Shown one piece after another: positions 19,110-29,100 of a stretch of 64,000 nt of DNA (its first letter is position 1; each line of letters opens with the position of its first letter). The notes beneath the pieces are model-generated. The model was given only the letters and a program-made list of their open reading frames with translations. It was not told the DNA's origin and searched no databases. Source of the stretch: Bacteroidaceae bacterium (GTDB lineage: Bacteria; Bacteroidota; Bacteroidia; Bacteroidales; Barnesiellaceae_A); contig JAGBHF010000011.1 in the NCBI GenBank assembly GCA_017935645.1, positions 4,709-68,708 on the forward strand. Reading direction: 5' to 3'. The position numbers were made by a program, and so were the translations under genes.

Positions 19110-20312
19110 ATGAAAAAATTATCTACAGCCTTAATGCTTTTGGCATTATTTGTTGCTCCCATGACAATGGCTGCAACTACAGAACCTGAGACTGTACAAG
19201 ACGAGTCACAAGGTCTCTTGATGAATGGCTTTTGGGACAACTGGTACATCTCGCTTGACGGCGGTATAAGCTTGTTCTTCAGCCCCGAGGATGGTTGTTT
19301 CGACAATTTTACAAAACGTATAGCCCCCAACGTAGGCTTGAACTTTGGTAAATGGTGGACTCCCGTATTCGGTACAAGAATCGGTTTGGACTATATGTCA
19401 GCCAATAGTTCTACCGCTTTGACCGACGCTTTCGGTTACCAAGATGCTGTAAGCTACAACAACTTGTATGTACAAAAACACCACGGTCTTCGCCCCCACA
19501 TTGATGGTATGGTCGACCTCGTTAACTTGTTTGGTGGTTACAGCAAAACTCGCGTTTACTCACTCGTAATCTACGGAGGTTTTGGCTACGGTTACGGTTG
19601 GGCAGCCGATCAACCCATCTCAACAGGTCGTTGGGACACTGAGATTCGTGGTGGTTTGATCAACAGTTTCCACGTTAGCAAAGCAGTCGATGTCAACATC
19701 GAGCTCAAAGTGAGCAAGTTCGATAGCAGCCTCAGCCAAGAGCCTTCTAACGACTTCACTAACCTCATGGCATCGGCCAACGTAGGTATTGCTTATAAGT
19801 TTAACGAGCGTGGTTGGGAAGCTCCCGTTATCCCCGCTGTTGTTCCCGTTATACCCAAGTATAGCGATGCCGAAGGTGATGCTCTCGTTGCAAGATTGCA
19901 AGAGGCTAACAACCGCATCAAAGAGCTTGAAAGCGAATTGGTTGCTACCAACGAGACTTTGGCTCAAACCATGAGTGCTTCGTACACCGATGAGGCTCCC
20001 GCTTTCACTATCTACTTCGACATCAACCAATCGGCTATCAACGCCTGCAACAAGAAAGTTGTTAGAGCTATGGCCGATGCCATCAAAGCAGATCCCAACA
20101 CCCGTTATGTTGTTACCGGTTATGCCGACAAAGAAACAGGTACTGATGCATTCAACGCCAAGTTGCGTGAGGCTCGCGCTAAGTCAGTTTACAATGCACT
20201 CGTTAAGTATGGTGTAAATCCCGATCAGCTTACTACAGCTACCGACACCAACCCCCTCAACAAGTTCAATTATGTACTTGACCGCGCAGCTACTATCAAA
20301 GTTGTAAAATAA
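19110..20312 (+). CDS. OmpA-family outer membrane protein (beta-barrel + coiled-coil linker + OmpA C-terminal domain)
   Basis: Signal peptide, an aromatic-rich barrel region, a linker (ARLQEANNRIKELESELVATNETLAQ), and a C-terminal OmpA-like domain (VVTGYADKETGTDAFNAKLREARAKSVYNALVKYGV). Confidence 0.87.
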   Translation: MKKLSTALMLLALFVAPMTMAATTEPETVQDESQGLLMNGFWDNWYISLDGGISLFFSPEDGCFDNFTKRIAPNVGLNFGKWWTPVFGTRIGLDYMSANSSTALTDAFGYQDAVSYNNLYVQKHHGLRPHIDGMVDLVNLFGGYSKTRVYSLVIYGGFGYGYGWAADQPISTGRWDTEIRGGLINSFHVSKAVDVNIELKVSKFDSSLSQEPSNDFTNLMASANVGIAYKFNERGWEAPVIPAVVPVIPKYSDAEGDALVARLQEANNRIKELESELVATNETLAQTMSASYTDEAPAFTIYFDINQSAINACNKKVVRAMADAIKADPNTRYVVTGYADKETGTDAFNAKLREARAKSVYNALVKYGVNPDQLTTATDTNPLNKFNYVLDRAATIKVVK

Positions 20313-20331
20313 TAAATTGTAACAACAATAG

Positions 20332-20371
20332 AAAGACGTTCCATTCATTTTCGGATGGAACGTCTTTTTTT
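20332..20371 (+). terminator. rho-independent terminator after the OmpA-family gene
   Basis: 13-bp arms AAAGACGTTCCAT / ATGGAACGTCTTT, with the T-tract running to 20371. Confidence 0.87.
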
Positions 20372-20490
20372 GTAATTAATCGTATTACTCGCCCGTCTTC
20401 ATCGAAAATACCCTACGACAGAGCAGCTATTTGAAAAAAAATAATGATATTTGCATCACTATACATATATAATAAATAGTACAATTCAGG

Positions 20491-20844
20491 ATGAATAGCT
20501 ACATACACTTCGACCAAATGCACTTTTACGCATTTCATGGAGTAGACCCACAAGAGCTCGCTGTGGGTAACAACTATAGTATCGAGCTCACCTTAAGTAT
20601 TCCGTTTGGCAAAGCCATGCAGAGTGATGCACTGGAAGACACTATCAACTATGCCGAGATTTATGATGCAATAAACACCGTCATGTCAACACCATCGAAG
20701 CTCCTTGAGCATGTTGTAGGGCGCATCATCGACACACTACAGCTACGTTTCCCGAGCATTGCCGGTGGACGCATAGCCATATATAAAGAAAATCCCCCCA
20801 TCACGGGCAAGATAGACCGCGTGGGGGTGATTGTTGAATGGTAA
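20491..20844 (+). CDS. folB: dihydroneopterin aldolase
   Basis: 117 aa. Pattern FYAFHGV...E...G..Y...L......A..SD.LEDTINYAEIY is typical of FolB. Confidence 0.85.
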   Translation: MNSYIHFDQMHFYAFHGVDPQELAVGNNYSIELTLSIPFGKAMQSDALEDTINYAEIYDAINTVMSTPSKLLEHVVGRIIDTLQLRFPSIAGGRIAIYKENPPITGKIDRVGVIVEW

Positions 20845-20853
20845 AGGTCCTTA

Positions 20854-21294
20854 TTACATAGGTATCTTCTCAACACGACGATTGTGACGACCACCCTCAA
20901 AGGCTGTAGCAAGGAAAATATCCACAATCTTGTCCGATAGTTCGAGAGGAATAAAGCGACCGGGCATTACCAATACATTGGCATCATTGTGCAAACGAGC
21001 CAACTCGGCAAGCTCCTCAGTCCAACACAAAGCCGAACGAATACCTTGGTGCTTATTCAGGGTCATATTGATACCATTACCACTACCGCAAATAGCAATA
21101 CCAGGATAGCACTCGCCACTCTCCACCGCAAGAGCCAAGGGGTGTGCGAAATCGGGATAGTCAACACTCTCGGTCGAATAGCAACCAAAGTCTTTACACT
21201 CATATCCACGTGATTGAAGATTAGCCTTAACTCGCTCCTTCATCTCATAACCGGCATGATCACATGCCAATCCTATAGTCTTTTTATCTGTCAT
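20854..21294 (-). CDS. rpiB: ribose 5-phosphate isomerase B
   Basis: 146 aa. IGLACDHAGYEMK ... GIAICGSGNGINMTLNKHQGIRSALCW matches the RpiB/LacAB family. Confidence 0.92.
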   Translation of the reverse strand: MTDKKTIGLACDHAGYEMKERVKANLQSRGYECKDFGCYSTESVDYPDFAHPLALAVESGECYPGIAICGSGNGINMTLNKHQGIRSALCWTEELAELARLHNDANVLVMPGRFIPLELSDKIVDIFLATAFEGGRHNRRVEKIPM

Positions 21295-21317
21295 AGTATA
21301 TATTTTATTTGTAGGGG

Positions 21318-21325
21318 CAAATATA
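21318..21325 (-). promoter_or_regulatory. -7 promoter box (TAnnTTTG on the minus strand) for rpiB
   Basis: The plus strand reads CAAATATA, which is TATATTTG on the minus strand. It lies 24 nt upstream of the rpiB ATG (21294) and is also the first box of the tandem array. Confidence 0.55.
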
Positions 21326-21625
21326 GCGATAAGCGAGTGGAGAACAAAATAAGTTTACTTATTTTTTATCCCAAGCGTAGCTATATTGGGCGTTAGCCAA
21401 ATATAGTGAAAGGCGAGAGAAGACACAAATCAAACTTGTTTGAATTTGTGTTTTCCGAGCCGCATCCTATATTATTCAAATATAGTGAAAGGCGAGTGGA
21501 GAACAAAATAAGTTTACTTATTTTTTATCCCGAGCATAGCTATATATTGGGCATTTTCTAAATATAGTGAAAGTCAAGAGAAATGTAAAGTTTACTTTAA
21601 TATTATTCACAGCGAGTTAATATCT
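21318..21625 (-). repeat. tandem array of four ~80-bp intergenic modules (promoter-like box + hairpin)
   Basis: Units start at 21318, 21398, 21477 and 21559. Shared box is CAAATATAG(C/T)GA(T/A)AAG(C/G)CGAG with a 3' flank GAGC(R)TAGCTATAT. Units 1 and 3 are nearly identical. Units 2 and 4 carry different hairpin cores. Confidence 0.85.
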
Positions 21626-21781
21626 TCACAATATATCGCCCAAAAAGAGACAAAAGAGCACGACTTGAACACCACCCCGATATACCCGGGTTTGCAATAA
21701 CGCAATACCACCGCACAAGGCTATCTACACTCATTTTAAGCCTATATTTCAAATATTTTTCTTACCCAAACAAGGTATTCT

Positions 21782-21872
21782 CATGTATCACACAGCCCCA
21801 ATTATGCTCTCATTAGCCCCCTCACCATTCCCAGAAAGCTCGTATATCGCTGATTATCAAACATGTATCACA
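21782..21872. promoter_or_regulatory. two exact CATGTATCACA boxes spaced 80 bp apart, upstream of the 920-aa lipoprotein gene
   Basis: Boxes at 21782-21792 and 21862-21872; both continue nAG. A T8 tract follows at 21879-21886, and a GCAAATTTGC palindrome lies at 21930-21939. Confidence 0.3.
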
Positions 21873-22017
21873 TAGATATTTTTTTTAAAAATTTGAGAAT
21901 TAAATACTTGCATAATTTGACAAAAACTCGCAAATTTGCAAGATAATTATATACGGAATATTGTATAGCCACATAACTAACAGAAAATAGATTAATTACA
22001 ATAATTTTAACAAGACT

Positions 22018-24780
22018 ATGAAGAAGAAATTTTACAATGGATTGCTATTAGTCGCTATGATTTTTGCGACTGTAGGCTCTTTTGTTTCTTGTAAGGATTA
22101 CAACGAAGATTTGTATGCCGAGTTACAAGGAACGTTAACCGACCGTATCAATGATGAGGTTGCAACGCTGACCGAACAAATCGAAGCATTGCAACAAGCT
22201 CAAGAAGCATGCAAAGAAAACTGCCAAAGCTGGCAAGAACAAATGGAAATCTGGGTAGAGTGGGCCAAAAACAACTACGTTACCAAACAAGAGTTCAATG
22301 ACTCTATTGCCAGCCTTGCCGGTAAGATTGCCACAAACAAAGCTGAAATCGAAAGACTTGAAGATAAGATTGACGCTATCGAAGCTGCCTTGAAGGCTGC
22401 CGACGAGGCTTTGAGAGGTGATATCGCCGATTTAGTAGACGCCGACTTAAATTTGCAACAGCAAATCACCGATTTATATAACACATTGACAACTTTGCAA
22501 ACTACAGTAACCAACAACTATAACGAACTCAAGACTCGTGTTGATGCAAACTCTACACTCATTGCCGTCAATACAGCAGCAATCGGTGCAATAAGCATGA
22601 GCATCAATGACTTGCAAGACAAAGTAAAGACCCTCGAAAGCGATTTGGCTAAAACTATTCAAGATGTAATCAATGCTCACGAGTTGGCCAAGGCAGACTC
22701 TATCCGCATTGACGCTCTCGAGAACGAACTTGAGGCTTTGCGTAACGAACACAATGTCGACATCGACAGCATTGCCCAAGAGTTGAACACTATCAAAGAG
22801 AGTGTTAACGCAGCTGTAGAGTTGGCAAACGAAAACTTGGAGAAAGCCAACGAATACACCAATATGCTCATTTCGTCAGTTGTGGAGAGAATTAAACAAA
22901 CCAACGAACGCATTGATGCCACCAACCTCCGTGTAGACCAAATCGAAGCTGCCTACCAAGCTGCCGACAAGGAGTTGCAAGACCAAATCGATGAATTGAA
23001 AACCGACCTCAAAGACTTGGAAGATCGCGTAGCTGAAAACAAAGAGGACATCGAAGAGTTGTTTGGCAAATTCAAGAACGTAGAAGAGGCTTTGAAGCAA
23101 TTTATCACCGGTATTTTGATTCAAGGTACTGAGAACCCCGTTATCGGTTCTTACTCACTTCCCGTAAACATCCAAAGCAACGTATTGATGTCATACTACG
23201 GTTACGCAGGTAGCTATGGTGTAGAGTTCCCCACCTACTATCCTCGTTACTATGTAAGAGAGAGTGAAACACTCTCACAAAAGGACATCGATATGCTCGG
23301 TATCGCTCCCACTATGTTGGCTCAAGACGGCGAGGCTATTGTTAGCGGCGCTGGTAAGATCTATGTAACAGTTAACCCCTCAAATGTTAACTTCGAGGGT
23401 CAAACTCTCCCCATCGTTAACAGTATCGAGGAAGAGTCGGGCATCAAGCTCTCTCCCCTTGCTTACTCTGATAAGAAACTCACATTCGGTTACACTCGTT
23501 CGGCTGCTAACGGCTTGTACGAGGCTGAAGCTACATTGGCTCCCGAGGATATCGAAAAAGTTGCTATGAAATTTGACTTCGATGCTGCTCAAATCAAGCA
23601 AACTGTTAAGGACGTTCTTACTCCCCAAGATGGTGTTAACGTTACTCAAGTAGCCAACACTGTTATCGACGTAATGAACCAATTCAACCAAAAGCTCGAT
23701 GCCAACGCATTGAAAGCTACTTGGACCGACAGCCTCGGTGTAACTCGTAGCGTATACTCACAATACAACTTGGCTACTACTGCTGTTAAACCTTTGTCTT
23801 ACAGCTTCATGAAAGACGCCAACTACACTTCATTCCCCGGCTTCGACCAGATGCGTAACTTCGCAGGTAAGTTGGTTGATAAAGTTGCAAATAAAGTTAA
23901 AGTTGTTATGCCTGACGCTTCAACAATTAACTTATCATTCAGCAATCTCGAAAAAATTTCGTTTGAAGCTATTGAAATCAATACAGAAGGTATAGATGTG
24001 ACATTGCAATATGACACAATCATCAATATACCCGGCGGAGTCGTTACAGATGAATATGGCAACATAATCGGTGAATACGATGATACAAATGTTGATCTCT
24101 GGATTACCATGGAGCCTGATTCATTTAAAGATTTGCTTAAAGAAATCGAAATCTTGGAAGATGACATCAACAATATGTTGAACGAAGAAGAAGACGCAAT
24201 CAACAAGATTATCGACCAAATCAACTCATACCTTGATGAGCTTGGTAAATTGCAAGATTTTGCCGACCAACTCGCTAACATCGACAACAAAGTTGACGAA
24301 ACTGCTACAGATGTTAAGAACAAGATTATCGAATATCTCGATAAGATTGAGAACAAGTTGCTCTCAGCAGTTAACTCTGCCAACAAAGCATTGCAACCCG
24401 TATTGCTCGTGAAGACTACTGACGGTGTACAACGTGTAAGCCAAACTATCTACGAGCCTACTTGGATGACTGCCGGTGACGTTCAATTCGTTCCCACTTC
24501 ATACACAGCCGAACTTATCGCTCCCTCTTACAAGAAACTCGTGGGTGTTACCAACGTATACTCAATGGATCGCAGCAAGAACGCTCAAGACAACGGTGGC
24601 GAGTACTTGACAACCTTGAACGAGGCCAACAGCAAAGCCGGTGTAGCTGAAGTTCTTGATGGTAACACTTTGGTTGTTGACTTCACAGCCGAGAAGGGTT
24701 ATATCTATGAGGTAACTTACACCAGCGTAGACTATAGCGGTATGGTAGTTGCTAAGAAGTTCTACGTAACCGTTAAGTAA
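22018..24780 (+). CDS. large coiled-coil lipoprotein, probably surface-exposed; function unknown
   Basis: 920 aa. Lipoprotein signal MKKKFYNGLLLVAMIFATVGSFVSC followed by KDYNED (acidic residues after the Cys). Heptad-rich coiled coil over ~330 aa, a second coiled-coil insert (KEIEILEDDINNMLNEEEDAINKIIDQINSYLDELGKLQDF...), and beta-rich regions elsewhere. Confidence 0.75.
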   Translation: MKKKFYNGLLLVAMIFATVGSFVSCKDYNEDLYAELQGTLTDRINDEVATLTEQIEALQQAQEACKENCQSWQEQMEIWVEWAKNNYVTKQEFNDSIASLAGKIATNKAEIERLEDKIDAIEAALKAADEALRGDIADLVDADLNLQQQITDLYNTLTTLQTTVTNNYNELKTRVDANSTLIAVNTAAIGAISMSINDLQDKVKTLESDLAKTIQDVINAHELAKADSIRIDALENELEALRNEHNVDIDSIAQELNTIKESVNAAVELANENLEKANEYTNMLISSVVERIKQTNERIDATNLRVDQIEAAYQAADKELQDQIDELKTDLKDLEDRVAENKEDIEELFGKFKNVEEALKQFITGILIQGTENPVIGSYSLPVNIQSNVLMSYYGYAGSYGVEFPTYYPRYYVRESETLSQKDIDMLGIAPTMLAQDGEAIVSGAGKIYVTVNPSNVNFEGQTLPIVNSIEEESGIKLSPLAYSDKKLTFGYTRSAANGLYEAEATLAPEDIEKVAMKFDFDAAQIKQTVKDVLTPQDGVNVTQVANTVIDVMNQFNQKLDANALKATWTDSLGVTRSVYSQYNLATTAVKPLSYSFMKDANYTSFPGFDQMRNFAGKLVDKVANKVKVVMPDASTINLSFSNLEKISFEAIEINTEGIDVTLQYDTIINIPGGVVTDEYGNIIGEYDDTNVDLWITMEPDSFKDLLKEIEILEDDINNMLNEEEDAINKIIDQINSYLDELGKLQDFADQLANIDNKVDETATDVKNKIIEYLDKIENKLLSAVNSANKALQPVLLVKTTDGVQRVSQTIYEPTWMTAGDVQFVPTSYTAELIAPSYKKLVGVTNVYSMDRSKNAQDNGGEYLTTLNEANSKAGVAEVLDGNTLVVDFTAEKGYIYEVTYTSVDYSGMVVAKKFYVTVK

Positions 24781-24798
24781 GCACTGAAGAAAGAGAAT

Positions 24799-24825
24799 AT
24801 CAAGTGGGACTTGCTCCCACTTGAT
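24799..24825 (+). other. intercistronic stem-loop without a T-tract (between the lipoprotein gene and the OmpA-family gene)
   Basis: 11-bp arms ATCAAGTGGGA / TCCCACTTGAT with a 5-nt loop, followed by GAAGAATAAAAAAC, so there is no U-run. Confidence 0.45.
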
Positions 24826-24858
24826 GAAGAATAAAAAACAATTTTAATATAAAGGACT

Positions 24859-26043
24859 ATGAAGATAAATAAAACTTTATTGGCCGGATTGTTGATGATG
24901 GGAATGGCTTCTGCTACTGCCAGCGCACAAGAGTTGGGCGAGAAGGTAGAGAATGTATTCAACCCTCACTGGTATATCCAAGTTCAGCCATTGGGTGCAC
25001 AATATACATTGGGTGAGACTTCATTCGGCAACTTGGTATCGTACAACGTACAAATTGCCGGTGGTTACAACTTCAATAAATATATTGGTGCTCGTTTGTC
25101 GGTAAATGCTTTCGAGAGCAAGGCCGGCTGGGAAATGCAAGGTCTAAAAACATGGAAATGGAACTTTGTAGCTCCTGTAGTAGATGTAACATTGAACTTG
25201 TCAAACACAATCTTTGGATACAACCCTAATCGCGTTTTCACACTCAGCGCATTTGCCGGTGTGGGAGCCAACATTGCATGGGGTAACGACCAAGCCGCCA
25301 CTGTCAAGGCCGAGTTGGGTAACCTCTATGGCCACAACGAAAATCTGGGTCTCTTGTGGGACGGTGTGAAACCCTTCTTCTTGGGTCGTGCCGGTCTTAT
25401 GGGTAACTTCAACATCAACCAAAACTGGAGTGTAGGTATCGAACTTCAAGCCAATATCATCAACGACGCATACAACTCAAAAAAGGCTACCAACTCAGAC
25501 TGGTACTTCAACGGCCTTATCGGTGTGAAGTATGTATTCGGTGAGAGCAACAAAGTTGTGAAGAGTGTCGATACAGAGATGCTTGCCACCGCCGAGAAAT
25601 TGGCCGAGGCTAAGATGGCCGAAGCCCGTATGAATGAGAAGGAAGTGGTAGAGAAGATCGTAGAGAAGAGAATATATGTAGAAACTACTATCCACGAGCT
25701 CAACCGCGCTATCTACTTCAAGAGAGCAGGTAATACAAACATCCCCTCATCGGAGATGCACAAAGTGGAAGAGGTTGCCGACTTCTTGAAATCACACCCC
25801 GAAGCTAAAGTATGCCTCTGTGGCTATGCCGATAAGGGTACAGGTAACCCCACCATCAATGCTCGATTGGCCGAAAAACGTGTAAACGCTGTAGCCGATG
25901 CATTGGTGAAGAAATATGGTATCGACGAGTCTCGCATATCTATCGACCACAAGGGCGACACCGTACAACCTATGGAAGGCACCGACAACCGCGTAACTAT
26001 CGCCGTTGCCGTATCTAAAAAGGTTGTAGAAGTTGAGAAATAA
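24859..26043 (+). CDS. OmpA-family outer membrane protein (beta-barrel + coiled-coil linker + OmpA C-terminal domain)
   Basis: Signal peptide ending ASAQ, a barrel region, a linker (LATAEKLAEAKMAEARMNEKE), and a C-terminal domain (VCLCGYADKGTGNPTINARLAEKRVNAVADALVKKYGI). Confidence 0.87.
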   Translation: MKINKTLLAGLLMMGMASATASAQELGEKVENVFNPHWYIQVQPLGAQYTLGETSFGNLVSYNVQIAGGYNFNKYIGARLSVNAFESKAGWEMQGLKTWKWNFVAPVVDVTLNLSNTIFGYNPNRVFTLSAFAGVGANIAWGNDQAATVKAELGNLYGHNENLGLLWDGVKPFFLGRAGLMGNFNINQNWSVGIELQANIINDAYNSKKATNSDWYFNGLIGVKYVFGESNKVVKSVDTEMLATAEKLAEAKMAEARMNEKEVVEKIVEKRIYVETTIHELNRAIYFKRAGNTNIPSSEMHKVEEVADFLKSHPEAKVCLCGYADKGTGNPTINARLAEKRVNAVADALVKKYGIDESRISIDHKGDTVQPMEGTDNRVTIAVAVSKKVVEVEK

Positions 26044-26058
26044 TAAATCTTCAATCAT

Positions 26059-26121
26059 AAACTCTGCCTTTGTAGTATAGTATATCTATAACTACAGGCA
26101 GAGTTTATTTTTCTTTTTTTT
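26059..26121 (+). terminator. strong rho-independent terminator after the second OmpA-family gene
   Basis: AAACTCTGCCT(T)TGTAGT pairs with ACTACAGGCAGAGTTT (one bulged T), followed by ATTTTTCTTTTTTTT. Confidence 0.85.
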
Positions 26122-26127
26122 AAAACC

Positions 26128-29100
26128 ATGAGAAGGTTATTGCTGTTTTTATTTGTTTTAGCATTATCAGCTGTTAATAGTGCCCTTGCACAATACAACG
26201 GCAGTGGCTATTATAGAGTACAAAACAAAGTTACTGAACGCTATATAAGAGTAATAGACAATCGCGGCAGTGTAAACCTTGCCACTACCGAAGCCGACTT
26301 AGGCGCTCTTGAGACAAAAAAACACTTTGAGAACGTTGTGAACGACCCTGCATCTGTCATATACATTACCGAAGCAGGCGACGGCTACAACTTCAAGGCT
26401 CAAGGTACGAGCTCGTATAGTATCATCGGATACTATGTGAAACTACACAAAAATAACGACGGAACATATCGAGCTTATGCCGAACACAGTGGTTTGACAA
26501 AGTACTTGTGCGATGAAAACACCACTTACGACGAGGGCGTAGTGCTTACCAACAGCACCAAGACTCGTGACTGGTACATTAAACCGGTAGACCAAAATGA
26601 CGGACAATATTTCGCCTTTAAACCCACTGTGAGCGTTGGGGGCGAACACTATACAACCATATACGCAGCATTCCCCTTTACACTGCCTGCAGGCATGACA
26701 GCCTACTATGTGAGCACAGTAGCCGACGGCCAAGCGGTGTGGAAAGAGGTAAAAGATGGCAAAGTTCCAGCCTCAACAGCCGTATATATAAAATGTAAAT
26801 CGACCAATTATGCCGACAACAAAGTAACTATCGGCAACAATGGAGCATCATCCTTGTCGGATAACCTGATGAAAGGTGTATACTTCAACAACGGAACTAA
26901 AAAACACAACAACCAGAAGGCATACGACGCCAATACCATGCGCGTGTTGGGCGTAATGTCCGACGGCAAATTGGGCTTTATCACAGCTAATTTGGATTTT
27001 ATTCCAGCCAATACAGCCTACTTGGTAGTACCTGCCAACTCGCCCAAAGAAATCAAGTTGGTATCGGAGAGCGAATTTAAGCCCAACGTGGCTGCTGAAT
27101 CAGTTACTCTATCACACACATCACTGACTATGTATGCCGGCGACAGTCACACACTGACAGCCACTGTAAAACCTGCCGATGCGAGCGACAAGTCGATAAA
27201 TTGGACAAGTTCAAACAATGGCGTAGCTACTGTAGACACCAATGGTGTAATAAAGGCTATTGCTTACGGAAAGACCACTATTACAGCAACTTGTGTAGCT
27301 AACAACACCATAAAGGCTACATGTGAAGTAACTGTGTACGCCCACACTACAGGCATTGAACTATCTGCAACGAATAAGCAACTATTTGTAGGAGAAAGTT
27401 TCACACTTACAGGTAAAACGCTACCCCTCTCAACTACCGATAACAAGATTGAGTGGAGCGTTAGCAACGATAAGGTTATCAAACGCAATGCCGACGGTAG
27501 CATACTCGCCTTGGCTGATGGTGTGGCTGATGTTATTGCTACATCGGTCGATGGTGGTCACGTTGCCAAATGTACGGTAACTGTTAAGACCAAAGTGCTA
27601 CCCGAGTCTATTACCCTCGACAGCCAATCATTGAGCCTATATGTGGGCGATGCACACTCATTGACTGCAACCGTATTGCCCGACAACACAACCGATAAGT
27701 CGCTAAAATGGACAAGCTACAACAACAAGGTTGCCACAGTAGATGCCAACGGTGTGATAACAGCCAACGGCTACGGTAAAGCTACTATAGCCGTATCGTG
27801 CGTGGCAAACAATGCCATTAAGGCTACTTGCGACGTGGTTGTATATGAGCACAGTACCGGTGTAGAAATTTCTGCTTCAACTGCACATCTATATGTAGGC
27901 GAGAGCCTTAAACTTACAGCCCAAACACTTCCTGCCGGCACAACCGACGGAGCAATTGTGTGGAGCGTAAGCGACAAGAATGTGATTGAGTGTAGCGACA
28001 ATGGTACAGTCGTAGCGCTGGCAGACGGAGTTGCCGATGTAATAGCTACATCGGTTGACGGCAATCATGTTGCAAAATGCACTGTTACCGTCGAGACATG
28101 GCATGCCGTGGAGTCTGTGACACTCGATAAAGAGTCATTGACATTGTACACAGGCGATAGCTATACTCTCACAGCAACCATTCTTCCCGATAAGGCAACC
28201 GATAAGAGACTCGATTGGTCAAGCTCCAACGAAAATGTTGCTACAGTCGATGCCAATGGCGCAATAAAAGCTGTCGGAAACGGAGTGGCAACTATCACCG
28301 CAACCAATAAATCAAACAATGCCATGAAGGCAACATGCGAAGTAACCGTATATGAACACTGCACAGGAGTAGAGTTGTCGGCTACATCGGTTGAGTTGAC
28401 CGTAGGCAAAAGCTTTGTACTTACAGCCAAGACGTTACCTCTTGCAACAACAGATGGAGCAATTGAGTGGAGTATAAGCGACGAAACGATTATCAAGCGT
28501 CATGAAGATGGTACAATTGAGGCATTGAATGAAGGCGTCGCTAAGGTAACAGCCCGCTCGGTCGACGGTGGACACACTGCAACATGTACAATTACTGTTA
28601 AGACCATTCCTGTTGCCGAAAGACTTGTACTCAGCGATGACGCACTAATACTATATGTGAATGACAACCACACATTGACTGCCACTGTATACCCCGAAGA
28701 AGCCGAGGATAAGTCCTTGACATGGCTCAACGACCGTGCAGATGTAATAAGCCTTGCCGAAGGCGAAATTACAGCAGTAGGACCCGGAGCAGCCAATGTG
28801 ATTGCATACGTTACTACCAATAATGCCGCAGCTGACACATGCTCGGTTGTGGTATACGAGCATACAACCGGTGTAGAACTCTCGGCAACAGCGATTGAAT
28901 TGATTGTGGGCAGAAGTACAATGCTTACAGCCAACACATTGCCACTTGCCACTACCGACGGAATGATTGAATGGAGCATAAGCGACGACACGGTCATCAA
29001 GCGCCATGAAGATGGCACAATTGAAGCACTCGCCGAGGGCGTTGCCGAGGTTACAGCTCGATCGGTCGACGGTGGATATACAGCCACTTGCTCTGTTACT

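Noticed and set aside
21318-21625. Possible CRISPR array, given conserved segments alternating with variable cores at a regular ~80-bp period.
   Set aside because: There are only four units. The variable cores are themselves hairpins, and two of them are identical. The conserved part matches a promoter box and also occurs singly next to genes elsewhere. No cas genes are in the window.
27771-29087. Several long minus-strand ORFs (97, 111 and 195 aa) antisense to the Big_2 repeat array.
   Set aside because: They recur with the repeat period and translate to Ser/Thr/Val/Ala-rich strings with no signal or domain features. They arise because the repeated sense sequence lacks antisense stop codons.
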